Source: an uncultured Eubacteriales bacterium (GTDB lineage Bacteria > Bacillota > Clostridia > Oscillospirales > Oscillospiraceae). Taken from it: DNA of 64,000 bases. The notes beneath the pieces were generated by a model. It was not told the origin of the DNA. It saw only the letters and a program-made list of their open reading frames with translations, and did not search any database. Of this stretch, positions 1 to 8,682 are shown piece after piece. Each line of letters begins with the position of its first letter. The first letter of the stretch is position 1. The stretch lies in contig UQWH01000002.1 in NCBI GenBank assembly GCA_900544705.1, positions 1,547-65,546 of the forward strand, read 5' to 3'. The translations under genes were made by a program, and so were the position numbers.

Positions 1-225
1 GCGGTCGCAGCCGAGGCGGAAGAAGGCGTAAAGCAGTTCCGTCCGCTGATCCGGCGCGAGGAGGCTGCCGTGCAGGAAACGGAGGATTTTCTGGAGAGGG
101 TCTACCGCGGCAGCCTGAGCCTGATGGTCAGCACGCTGACAAAGAAGCAGGCACTGTCGCAGAAAGAGATCGAGGAATTGCAGGAGGTATTGAACCGGCT
201 GGAGGAGGGAAAGGCACATGATTAA
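1..225 (+). CDS. BlaI/MecI/CopY-family transcriptional repressor, 3' part (5' end outside window)
   Basis: Frame 1 reads ...FRPLIRREEAAVQETEDFLERVYRGSLSLMVSTLTKKQALSQKEIEELQEVL..HD*, a typical BlaI C-terminal dimerisation region. The stop overlaps the start of the M56 gene. Confidence 0.85.
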   Translation, partial: AVAAEAEEGVKQFRPLIRREEAAVQETEDFLERVYRGSLSLMVSTLTKKQALSQKEIEELQEVLNRLEEGKAHD

Positions 226-2752
226 CTGGATCATCACATCAAGTATCCTGATCGTCGGCGTGATCATTCTGCGCCGCATCCTGCGCGGGCGCATCAGTCT
301 GCGGCTGCAATATGCCCTGTGGGGGCTGGTGCTGCTGCGTCTGCTGCTCCCGGTCAGCGTCGGCGCAACGACGTTCAGCGTGGAAAACACGGTGCAGAGC
401 GTTCCGGCCGTGCAGCACTTTGCGCAGCGCATGGCATCGCCTGCGCAGAGCGGAAACCCGGAAAAACCGGCCGCGCCCGCAGAGCCTGCCGCCTCGGCAA
501 GTGCGTCCGCCGCGCCGGAGGCCCCGGCACAGACGGTGGAACCTGTGCAGGCAGAGGAGCCTGCACAGACAGAAAAGCCGGTGCGGGAGGTGAAGTCCTC
601 GCTTACGCAGGTGCAGATCATGAGGATCGTCTGGCTCGGCGGCGCGGCGCTCGTTGGGGCGGCCTTTGCCGCAGTTAATCTGCGCTTTGCTCTTCGCCTG
701 CGCCGCAGCAGAAGGCGGCTGAATGTGGAAAATTCCAGGCTGCCGGTCTATGTGTCTGATGTGCCGGAATCGCCCTGCCTGTTCGGCCTGTTTCGCCCGG
801 CGGTTTATCTGACACCGGAAACCGCGCAGGACGCGACGGCGCTGCGCCACGCGCTTGTGCATGAAACCACGCATTTCCGCCACGGCGACCCCGTGTGGTC
901 GGCGCTGCGCTGCGTCTGCCTGACGCTGCACTGGTTCAACCCGCTGGTCTGGTGGGCGGCGGTGCTGTCGCGCCGGGATGCGGAGCTGGCCTGCGACGAG
1001 GCGACCGTCCGCATGCTGGGCGAGGAGGAACGCGCCGCCTATGGCCGGACGCTCCTGCGCATGACCTGCCGCGGACACGGCGGTCTGCTGACCGCCGCGA
1101 CGACCATGAGCGGCGACGGCATCAAGGAGCGCATCCTCCTTCTGGCAAAGAAGCCCAGAACAGCCGCTTATACGCTGGCCGCCGTGCTTCTGATCGCGGC
1201 GCTGGCCGTGGGCTGCACCTTTACGGGCGCAAAGGAAGGCGAGAAGCCGCAGGAAGAACCGGATCCGACAACACCTCCGTCCTCCTCGGTGATGACCGAT
1301 CCGACGGAGTCTGCGGATGTTTCCGAGCCGGACTTCAACCTGCCGGGGACGCGGGTGGATGCGCAGACGGAAGCGGAAGTGAAGCAGCTTTTTGAATCGC
1401 CTAAGGGAATGTACAGCCGCTTCACCGCCACCGGCTGCGAGTTTGCCGCGCCGGCGGAGATCGACTTACGGTATCTGTTTTATACGGCGCTTCCCGGCGT
1501 GGACAATACGCTCAGCGACGCGGAGCGCGCCTATCTGACCTCCGTTTGGGGGAAAGAGCCCATGATGCTGGACATCGACCGCCTGCCCGTTTCCGCCATG
1601 AACGACGTCCTGCAAACCTATCTCGGCCTCACACTGGAGGAAACACAGGGCAAGGGATTGGAATATCTGACCTACTGGGAGGAAACGGACTGTTACTATC
1701 ACTGGCACGGCGACACCAACGCGCGGAGAATCAGCGTGTACGGCGTGTATGCGCAAGAGGACGGCAGCCTCGCGGTGTACTATTATGAAGGTACGGAGTT
1801 CAACGAGAAGGAAAAGCCGCCCATGGTTTTGACCTTAATGGCCAAGGGGGACGGAGATTATCTGGTGCTTTCCAACCTGCCGGTCGAGGTGCGCAGCGGG
1901 GAACAACTGCGGAATATCGAGATCTCCAGAATTCAGGATCATCCGTCGATAAACGGCTTTACGGCCAATGTCGGTGAGCTGACGGACTACCGGGCCATCG
2001 GGCAGGCGTGGGCGGAGGCCTACGCGGCGCAGCACCTCCTGCTGCCGGAGGGGGACCCCAAGCGCTGCACAGAGGCCGCGGTGGTCAGATGTGAGCCGGT
2101 CGCCGTGCGGCTGCTGAGCAGCGAGCCGGAAGCGGTGCAGTACCAGGTGGAATTTGCCTATAAGCCGGAGGTGAATGACGACAACACCGGGCTGTACTTC
2201 CTCACCAGCGGCAGCGGGATCGACGAAACGCGCTATCCGCAGTACGCCCATTCGCTGGGCTGGTACGGCAGCGGCAATTTGGAGATCCTGCTCAGCCGCG
2301 ACGGCGAGAGCGGCCGCTGGACCTGTCTGTCAAGCGGTACGGGCGGCATCTTCGGGATGCAGGGCTTCCTCCCGCTGGAATATGATCAGGCGGTCTGGGA
2401 CGATATCATGGCGCTTCTGGGGCAGGGCGATGAGATCTACTGGGATTATTTCCTGCGGCAGCTGCCGGGCCTTGACTGGAACACCTTCCACAGAAAGTGG
2501 GGCGACGAGGGCTGGGCGAAGCTGATCTCCGCTCTGGAAAAATACTGCACCGGTGTGAAGACGGAGGAGGATCAGGCCTACCGTGATATGTACGTCATGC
2601 TGGGCGCCCTGAATCTGGGCCTCACGCAGCGGCGCGATCTGGCGCCAGTGCTGCAAAAGCAGCGGGACTTTGATCCGACGACGTTTGATCGCTGCGTACA
2701 GGAAAATTTCAGCAAAACACAGCAGGACACTATCTTGGAACTGCTGAAATAA
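218..2752 (+). CDS. BlaR1/MecR1-type M56 metallopeptidase sensor-transducer with non-penicillin-binding extracellular C-terminus
   Basis: N-terminal TM segments, HETTH (HExxH) zinc motif, HWFNPLVW and ELACDE motifs; coupled to BlaI; SD GGAGG upstream. Confidence 0.9.
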   Translation: MINWIITSSILIVGVIILRRILRGRISLRLQYALWGLVLLRLLLPVSVGATTFSVENTVQSVPAVQHFAQRMASPAQSGNPEKPAAPAEPAASASASAAPEAPAQTVEPVQAEEPAQTEKPVREVKSSLTQVQIMRIVWLGGAALVGAAFAAVNLRFALRLRRSRRRLNVENSRLPVYVSDVPESPCLFGLFRPAVYLTPETAQDATALRHALVHETTHFRHGDPVWSALRCVCLTLHWFNPLVWWAAVLSRRDAELACDEATVRMLGEEERAAYGRTLLRMTCRGHGGLLTAATTMSGDGIKERILLLAKKPRTAAYTLAAVLLIAALAVGCTFTGAKEGEKPQEEPDPTTPPSSSVMTDPTESADVSEPDFNLPGTRVDAQTEAEVKQLFESPKGMYSRFTATGCEFAAPAEIDLRYLFYTALPGVDNTLSDAERAYLTSVWGKEPMMLDIDRLPVSAMNDVLQTYLGLTLEETQGKGLEYLTYWEETDCYYHWHGDTNARRISVYGVYAQEDGSLAVYYYEGTEFNEKEKPPMVLTLMAKGDGDYLVLSNLPVEVRSGEQLRNIEISRIQDHPSINGFTANVGELTDYRAIGQAWAEAYAAQHLLLPEGDPKRCTEAAVVRCEPVAVRLLSSEPEAVQYQVEFAYKPEVNDDNTGLYFLTSGSGIDETRYPQYAHSLGWYGSGNLEILLSRDGESGRWTCLSSGTGGIFGMQGFLPLEYDQAVWDDIMALLGQGDEIYWDYFLRQLPGLDWNTFHRKWGDEGWAKLISALEKYCTGVKTEEDQAYRDMYVMLGALNLGLTQRRDLAPVLQKQRDFDPTTFDRCVQENFSKTQQDTILELLK

Positions 2753-2754
2753 AA

Positions 2755-2790
2755 ATCGCGGGGCGGCTTCGGAAGAAGCCGCCCTGCGAT
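2755..2790. terminator. Bidirectional hairpin between convergent genes
   Basis: ATCGCGGGGCGGCTTC-GGAA-GAAGCCGCCCTGCGAT. Confidence 0.75.
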
Positions 2791-2802
2791 GCTTTGTCAT
2801 TC

Positions 2803-3927
2803 TTACGCTGTTTTGCCGATGGAGTTTGCCACCAGCGCGTCATACTGCGCGTCGGTCAGCTCGGTGTGATAGAAGAGCGTGAAGTATTCCTTCACTTCCG
2901 TCTTCAGATCATACTCGGCCTGCTCCGGGTAGAGCAGCTTGCCCATCCACAGCATCCCGAGATAGCGCTGCACGGAGGGAGGGAAGCCCATCCAGTTGTA
3001 GGGGCCCATGGGAACCTCGTAGTAGCGGCCATTCTGGATGGCAGACATCTGCTGCCATGCGGCATCCTCGCCGACGGTGTCGTAGATGCTGCCCGGTGCG
3101 AAGAGAATGACGTCGGGATTCCACGCCAGAAGCTGCTCCATATCGACCTCGTTGCCGCTGCCCTTGGAGGACGGAGACTCCACGACGGCCAGATTGTCGG
3201 AAAGCAGGTCGATGACCTCGGCGTGATAGGAGCCCTTGGCAATGACATTCAGGCCGGTGTCGCCCAGCAGATAGAGCAGCTTGACCTTTTCGACCTTGCC
3301 TGCAAGCTCGGTGATCATGGCATAGTGCTCGTCGCAGTAAGTGGCCAGCGTTTCGGCCTCCTGCTCCATGGACAGCAGGTCGCCCAGCTTGCGGTAGGCA
3401 TCGCCGGTGTTCTCGGTCAGCGTGGTGATGTGCACGAAGGGAATGCCGGTCTGCTCCTGAAGCGCGTCCAGATCTTCCTTTGTGGTTTTCTTCGGCTCGC
3501 CCACGTCGATCACGACTTCGGCGCCGGAGGCCAGCAGGGCTTCCAGATTCAGTTCGCCTTTGCCGCCGTAGAGCTGGCCGAGGACGGGCAGGTTGTAGTA
3601 TTCGGTGGACAGGTATTCCTTCGCGGTCTTGTCCCAATCACTGGCGATGCCGACGAGCTTGTCCGGGCAGAGCGCGAACAGCACGATCTGCGCCAGCGGG
3701 CCGGAAACGGCGACCTTGGTGATGTGGTAGGGAACCTCGACCTCGCGGCCCAGAGAGTCGGTAAAGACCTTGGTTTCCGGTTCGGGGGCTTCGGAGCTGG
3801 GTTCGGCGGATTCACTGGGCTGGGAGGATGCAGCGGACGCTTCGGAGAGGACAGGATCGTTGGCGGCACAGGCTGCCAGCGACAGCACCAGCGCGAGCGC
3901 CAGCAGCAGGGAAAGCAGTTTTTTCAT
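2803..3927 (-). CDS. ABC transporter substrate-binding lipoprotein (helical-backbone/TroA-like, siderophore/cobalamin-type class)
   Basis: Lipobox LSLAAC, FTDSLGREVEVP, VDMEQLLAWNPDVI and GPYNWMGFPPS motifs. Start moved to MKKLL, which has SD GAGGT. Confidence 0.88.
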   Translation of the reverse strand: MKKLLSLLLALALVLSLAACAANDPVLSEASAASSQPSESAEPSSEAPEPETKVFTDSLGREVEVPYHITKVAVSGPLAQIVLFALCPDKLVGIASDWDKTAKEYLSTEYYNLPVLGQLYGGKGELNLEALLASGAEVVIDVGEPKKTTKEDLDALQEQTGIPFVHITTLTENTGDAYRKLGDLLSMEQEAETLATYCDEHYAMITELAGKVEKVKLLYLLGDTGLNVIAKGSYHAEVIDLLSDNLAVVESPSSKGSGNEVDMEQLLAWNPDVILFAPGSIYDTVGEDAAWQQMSAIQNGRYYEVPMGPYNWMGFPPSVQRYLGMLWMGKLLYPEQAEYDLKTEVKEYFTLFYHTELTDAQYDALVANSIGKTA

Positions 3928-3973
3928 AAGATACCTCATTTCTGAAACCAGTAGTGTCAGGCCGGAGTCCGGA

Positions 3974-4741
3974 CTACGAATTTTGTGCAGGGGCAATCAG
4001 AACGCCGTCCTGCGTGCGGATAAAGTGCGCGTCCACGCCGTAAAGCCGGCGGATGAGCGCGGGGGTGAGCGCGGATTCCGGCGCGCCGTCCGCGCAGATC
4101 GTGCCGTCTGCCAGCGCGATGACGCGATGCGCGTATAACAGCGCGTGCTGCGGGTTGTGGCAGGAGAGCAGGATGGTGTAGCCCTGCGCGCTGAGGGAGG
4201 AAACCTTTTGCAGCACGCGGAGCTGATTGCCGTAATCCAGCGCCGAGGTCGGCTCGTCCATCAGGAGAATTTTTGCCTCCTGCGCCAGCGCGCGCGCGAC
4301 CAGCACGAGCTGTTGCTCACCGCCGGAGAGCTCCTGAAAATTGCGTCCCGCGAAGTCCTCAATGCCGAGCTGCTCCATCGCCTGTATGGCGATCTCACGT
4401 TCGCGGCGGCCGGGGGAGGCAAAGGTGGACAGCCGGTGGTTGGTACCCATCAGGACCATGTCCAGCGCGGTGTAGGCAAAAACCGGGTTGTGAAACTGCG
4501 GAATGAAGGCGATGCGCCGCGCCAGCTCCTTCGCGGGGAGAGCGGCGACGTTCTGCCCGTCGAGCAGAATCCTGCCGCGGTAGCCGTGCAGCAGGCCGAG
4601 CATACAGCGGAACAGCGTCGTCTTGCCCGCGCCGTTCGCGCCGAGGACGAAGATCAGCTCCTCATGCCCGGCCCGAAAGGAAATATTCTTGAGCACCTGC
4701 CGCGCACCGTAGGAAAATTGCAGATTCTCCACTTCCAGCAT
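3974..4741 (-). CDS. ABC transporter ATP-binding subunit (FecE/BtuD-like)
   Basis: Walker A GANGAGKT, LSGGEQQ signature, Walker B LLMDEP. Confidence 0.93.
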   Translation of the reverse strand: MLEVENLQFSYGARQVLKNISFRAGHEELIFVLGANGAGKTTLFRCMLGLLHGYRGRILLDGQNVAALPAKELARRIAFIPQFHNPVFAYTALDMVLMGTNHRLSTFASPGRREREIAIQAMEQLGIEDFAGRNFQELSGGEQQLVLVARALAQEAKILLMDEPTSALDYGNQLRVLQKVSSLSAQGYTILLSCHNPQHALLYAHRVIALADGTICADGAPESALTPALIRRLYGVDAHFIRTQDGVLIAPAQNS

Positions 4742-5760
4742 CAGTGGACCCCCTCCTTTCGCAGCATCATGTAGAGGAAGAAGGGCGCGCCGATGAAGGC
4801 AGTCAGAATTCCGATGGGAATTTCCGTCGCAAGCAGGTTGCGCGACAGGTCGTCCACCAGAAGCAGAAAGGCCGCGCCCGCGAGCATGGAGGCGGGCAGG
4901 AGCTTTTTGAAATTGCTGCCCGTCAGCTTGCGGCTCAGATGCGGCACGACAAGGCCAACCCAGCCGATCGTACCGGCGACGGAGATGGAGGCCGAGGTGA
5001 CAAGCGTGGCGCAGATCACAATCACGAAGCGCAGCCGCACCGGATGGATGCCCATGGCCTGCGCCTCCTCGTCGCCCAGCGTCAGAAGATTGATCTTCCA
5101 GCGCAGCAGGAACAGCGGAACCAGCCCCAGCAGCATGACGGGGAAGATGTAGAGCACTTTTGTCATCCGCACGCCGCTCAGGCTGCCCATGAGCCAGTAA
5201 GTGATGGCGGGAAGTTGGTTTGTCGGGTCGGCGACCAGTTTAATATAGGAGGTTCCCGCGGTGAACAGGGAACTGACGACCATGCCCGCGAGAACGAGAT
5301 TCAGAATTCGTTTGCCCTGCGCGCGCTGCCCGATCAGATAGACCAGCGCCACGATCAGAAGCGAGAAGAAAAAGGCGGAGATCGTAATGCCCGCGTTGCC
5401 GAAGCCGAGCAGGATGGCCAGCGCCGCGCCGAACGCCGCACCGGAGGACGCGCCCAGAATGTCCGGCGAGGCCATGGGATTCTGAAACACGCCCTGATAG
5501 GCCGCGCCCGCGGCCGAAAGGCTGCATCCGACCAGACAGGCCATCACGATGCGCGGCAGACGGATGTTGATCACGGCGGTTTCCAGATTGGGATCCCAGT
5601 CCTTTTGGATCGGGAAGATACGTGAAAACAGGATGCGGAGCGTCGTGGGAATATCCACACCGTAGCGTCCGAACCAGAAGGAGGCCAGAAAAAGCGCAAG
5701 GAGAATTCCGGCAAGCAGCGCAAGCGCGCGGTTGGCACGGCGGTTTTCGTGCGTGATCAT
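4741..5760 (-). CDS. FecCD/BtuC-family ABC permease
   Basis: IRLPRI, QGVFQNPMASPDILG, GTIGWVGLVVPH and EIPIGILTA..GAPFF motifs. Start MITHE has SD GGAGG. Confidence 0.92.
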   Translation of the reverse strand: MITHENRRANRALALLAGILLALFLASFWFGRYGVDIPTTLRILFSRIFPIQKDWDPNLETAVINIRLPRIVMACLVGCSLSAAGAAYQGVFQNPMASPDILGASSGAAFGAALAILLGFGNAGITISAFFFSLLIVALVYLIGQRAQGKRILNLVLAGMVVSSLFTAGTSYIKLVADPTNQLPAITYWLMGSLSGVRMTKVLYIFPVMLLGLVPLFLLRWKINLLTLGDEEAQAMGIHPVRLRFVIVICATLVTSASISVAGTIGWVGLVVPHLSRKLTGSNFKKLLPASMLAGAAFLLLVDDLSRNLLATEIPIGILTAFIGAPFFLYMMLRKEGVH

Positions 5761-5776
5761 GCGGCTTCCTCCAAAC

Positions 5777-5813
5777 AAAAAATTACGCGCTGCCTGAAGC
5801 AAGCAGCGCGTAA
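5777..5813 (-). terminator. Intrinsic terminator in riboswitch expression platform
   Basis: Minus strand TTACGCGCTGC-TTGCTTCAG-GCAGCGCGTAA-TTTTTT, directly upstream of the permease SD. Confidence 0.85.
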
Positions 5814-5836
5814 GGATAGACTACCCCTAAGACACC

Positions 5837-5946
5837 TGCTTCCTTCTCAAACACGGAAGGCCCTGCCGTTTCCGGCAAAACCCTTTGCGCAGCGGCGCAG
5901 GCCTGCATCGCATGGAATCCTCTTTAGCCATGCAGGCACGGAAACA
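5837..5946 (-). ncRNA. Moco (molybdenum/tungsten cofactor) riboswitch-like aptamer
   Basis: Minus strand TGTTTCCGTGCCTGCATGGCTAAAGAGGATTCCATGCGATGCAGGCCTGCGCCGCTGCGCAAAGGGTTTTGCCGGAAACGGCAGGGCCTTCCGTGTTTGAGAAGGAAGCA. Elements: P1 TGTTTCC/GGAAGCA; P2 GCCTGCAT/ATGCAGGC with a tetraloop-receptor-like CTAA..CATG; short P3 TGCGC/GCGCA; AGGG junction; GAAA-capped P4; 3' GCCTTCCGT..TTTGAGAAGGA matching the Moco motif pattern. Confidence 0.8.
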
Positions 5947-5954
5947 TTTGCTTT

Positions 5955-5983
5955 AGTATAGCGTAATTCTTACAAAAAAACAA
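5955..5983 (-). promoter_or_regulatory. Putative sigmaA promoter of riboswitch-ABC operon
   Basis: TTGTTT-N17-TATACT on the minus strand, just upstream of the aptamer. Confidence 0.55.
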
Positions 5984-6015
5984 CCCTGTGAAAAGAGAAA
6001 TGTTCCGCCATGACG

Positions 6016-6043
6016 AAAAATGCCCGGTGCGGAGCACCGGGCG
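6016..6043 (-). terminator. argF terminator
   Basis: GCCCGGTGC/GCACCGGGC hairpin followed by a T-run on the minus strand. Confidence 0.7.
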
Positions 6044-6052
6044 GGAATGGTG

Positions 6053-7036
6053 TTAGAGTGTCGCGGCGAGGACGGCCTTGATCGTATGCATCCGGTTCTC
6101 GGCCTCGTCAAAGACGATGGACTGCGGGCCTTCAAAGACCTCGTCCGTGACCTCCAGCGCATCGAGATGGAACTGTTCGCCGATCTGGCGGCCGATGCCG
6201 GTGTTCAGATCGTGGAAGGCGGGCAGGCAGTGCATGAAAACGGCCTGCGGCCCGGCGTTCTTCATCAGCGCGGCGTTGACCTGATAGGGGAGCATGACCT
6301 CCAGACGTTCCTTCCACGCCTCCATCGGCTCGCCCATGGAGACCCAGACGTCGGTGTAGATCACGTCTGCACCCTCGGTGGCCTTCATCGGATCGGTTTC
6401 AAAGCGCAGGGTCGCGCCGGTTTCGGCGGCGACGGCCTCGCAGCGCGCGATGAGCGCGGGATCGGGGAAGTAGCCCTCCGGGCCGCAGGCGGTGAAGTGC
6501 AGCCCCAGCTTGGCGCAGCCGACCATCAGGGAATTGGCCATGTTGTAGCGGCAGTCGCCCATAAAGACGAACTTTTTGCCCTTGAGCGCGCCGAGATGCT
6601 CGCGGATGGTCAGCATATCGGCAAGGATCTGTGTCGGATGGAATTCGTTGGTCAGGCCGTTCCAGACGGGAACGCCGGCGTACTTTGCCAGCTCCTCGAC
6701 GATACTCTGGCCGAAGCCGCGGTACTCGATACCGTCATAGAGCCGGCCGAGGACGCGCGCAGTGTCCGCGATGGACTCCTTTTTGCCGATCTGCGAGCCG
6801 GTCGGGTCGAGATAGGTGACGTGCATCCCGAGATCGTAGGCCGCGACCTCAAAGGAGCAGCGGGTACGGGTGGACGTCTTTTCAAAGATCAGTGCGATGG
6901 ATTTGCCGTGGAGCGTATCGTGCGGGATGCCGGATTTTTTCTGAGCCTTCAGGTCGGCGGCGAGGTCGATCAGACCGGTGATCTCCTCCGGCGTGAAGTC
7001 CAGCAGGGTCAGAAAGCTTCTGCCTTTCAGATTCAT
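6053..7036 (-). CDS. argF: Ornithine carbamoyltransferase
   Basis: [21 protein letters not shown] and HCLP motifs. Confidence 0.95.
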   Translation of the reverse strand: MNLKGRSFLTLLDFTPEEITGLIDLAADLKAQKKSGIPHDTLHGKSIALIFEKTSTRTRCSFEVAAYDLGMHVTYLDPTGSQIGKKESIADTARVLGRLYDGIEYRGFGQSIVEELAKYAGVPVWNGLTNEFHPTQILADMLTIREHLGALKGKKFVFMGDCRYNMANSLMVGCAKLGLHFTACGPEGYFPDPALIARCEAVAAETGATLRFETDPMKATEGADVIYTDVWVSMGEPMEAWKERLEVMLPYQVNAALMKNAGPQAVFMHCLPAFHDLNTGIGRQIGEQFHLDALEVTDEVFEGPQSIVFDEAENRMHTIKAVLAATL

Positions 7037-7046
7037 AATGTCCTCC

Positions 7047-8210
7047 TTATTCGGCCGCGCAGCGCTTGATGATCTGCACGGCGGATTTCAATTGTTCCAT
7101 GGGAATGTTCAGCGCGGGAAGCAGGCGGATCTTCTGCTTTGCGGTCGTGACCAGCACGCCGTTTGCCAGCAGCTTTTCCGCAAATTCGCGGGCAGGGCCG
7201 TTCGGCTCGAAGCCGAGCATCAGCCCCATGCCGCTGACGTTCCGGATGCCCTCTGCGCCGGTCAGTTCCCGGATGATATACGCCGAGCGCTCCTTCACGC
7301 CGGCGAGCAGCTCGTCGTCGATGCGGCCGAGAATGTTCAGCGCGCCCGCGCAGCAGGCCGCGTTGCCGCCGAAGGTGGAACCGTGGTCGCCGGGAGAAAA
7401 CACGTCCGCGACCCGCTCGGAGAAGAGCGTCGCACCGATGGGCAGGCCGCCGCCGAGTCCCTTTGCGGTGGTGACGAGATCGGGATGCAGGCCGTATTCC
7501 ATGTAGCCATAAAGGCTGCCGCTGCGCCCGTTGCCAAGCTGTACCTCGTCCGTGATGAGAAGCAGATCATATTTTTCGGTCAGTGCGGCGATCTGCGCGG
7601 CAAATTCCCGCCCGATGGGACGCACGCCGCCCTCGCCCTGCACGACCTCGATCATCACGGCGGCGCAGGGATTCTCCCGGATCAGCCGCTCCAGCCCGTC
7701 GGCATTGCCGACCTCCGCATAGAGAAAACCGCCGGGCAGCGGCTGAAACTGCTCGTGATAGTGATCCTGCCCCGTCGCGGCCAGCATGGCGATGGTGCGG
7801 CCGTGGAAGCTCTGCTTCAGCGTGATGATGTTATCATGCTCCGCGCCCTTGTGCGTGCAGCCCCACTTCCGCGCGGCCTTGACCGCACATTCGTTGGCCT
7901 CCGCGCCGGAGTTGGAGAAAAAAACCTTTGACATTCCGGTGCGCTCGCAGAGCATCTGTGCAAGCTGCGCGACGGGCGCGCAGTAAAACAGATTGGAGGT
8001 GTGCTGCACCTTAGAAAGCTGCCGCGTGACAGCGCTCTGCCACTGCTCGTCGCCAAGACCGAAAATATTGACAGCGATACCGCTGCCCAGATCAATGTAT
8101 TCGCGGCCGTCTGCGCCGTAAACCGTGGAACCCTTGCCGCCGGTGATCTCCAGCGGGAAACGGTTGTAGGTGTGCGCGACGTACTGCCGGTCAAGCTGCT
8201 GGGTCGTCAT
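7047..8210 (-). CDS. argD: Acetylornithine aminotransferase (class III PLP)
   Basis: [34 protein letters not shown] and HGSTFGGN motifs. Start MTTQQ has SD GGAGG. Confidence 0.9.
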   Translation of the reverse strand: MTTQQLDRQYVAHTYNRFPLEITGGKGSTVYGADGREYIDLGSGIAVNIFGLGDEQWQSAVTRQLSKVQHTSNLFYCAPVAQLAQMLCERTGMSKVFFSNSGAEANECAVKAARKWGCTHKGAEHDNIITLKQSFHGRTIAMLAATGQDHYHEQFQPLPGGFLYAEVGNADGLERLIRENPCAAVMIEVVQGEGGVRPIGREFAAQIAALTEKYDLLLITDEVQLGNGRSGSLYGYMEYGLHPDLVTTAKGLGGGLPIGATLFSERVADVFSPGDHGSTFGGNAACCAGALNILGRIDDELLAGVKERSAYIIRELTGAEGIRNVSGMGLMLGFEPNGPAREFAEKLLANGVLVTTAKQKIRLLPALNIPMEQLKSAVQIIKRCAAE

Positions 8211-8258
8211 GAAAATGCCTCCGTTATGTAGCCCCGCGCCGCGGGGTGGATTGGTTTC

Positions 8259-8287
8259 ATTATAGCCGATTGCCCTTGACGGGTCAA
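8259..8287 (-). promoter_or_regulatory. sigmaA promoter of argD-argF
   Basis: TTGACC-N17-TATAAT on the minus strand. Confidence 0.75.
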
Positions 8288-8682
8288 GTCCCCAATGGGC
8301 GGACAAAGAAATTGTAATAGAAGGGAACGTCCATCTGTGTGATATGGCGCAGACGCAGGGAAAGCTCCGCGCAGCGGCTGCGGAATTCGTCGGCCGTCTG
8401 CGTTTTGCGATAGGATTCCAGCGCGGTAAAGGCGGTGTCGATCTCGTCGAGCTCCTCGTGGCTCAGCAGCGCGCTGAGGAGCTTTGCGTGCCGGTCCCAT
8501 TCGCTTTTTGCGCGCGAGGCCTGCGCTGCTGCGGCGGGAAAGTCGTCTTCGTCGAAGGCGGAGAGTGCGTGTTCCAGCGCGTCCGCGGTCTCCCGCGTGC
8601 AGGAGGAGATCACCGCTGTGCTGAGAATACAGGCCGCCAGCAGAACGGCGAGCACGCCGACGCCGATATAGAGATATTTCAC
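8284..8682 (-). CDS. DUF4363-like protein (N-terminal TM, helical)
   Basis: GTG start with SD GGAGG; W..H...L..LLSHEELDEI pattern; follows the DUF421 gene. Confidence 0.7.
   Translation of the reverse strand: MKYLYIGVGVLAVLLAACILSTAVISSCTRETADALEHALSAFDEDDFPAAAAQASRAKSEWDRHAKLLSALLSHEELDEIDTAFTALESYRKTQTADEFRSRCAELSLRLRHITQMDVPFYYNFFVRPLGT

Noticed and set aside
5761..5990. Cobalamin riboswitch or Fur box upstream of the FecCD/BtuCD-type operon
   Set aside because: No B12-box elements (GGGAA...GCCACTG...AGYCAG) or GATAATGAT-type box seen; the sequence fits the Moco motif instead.
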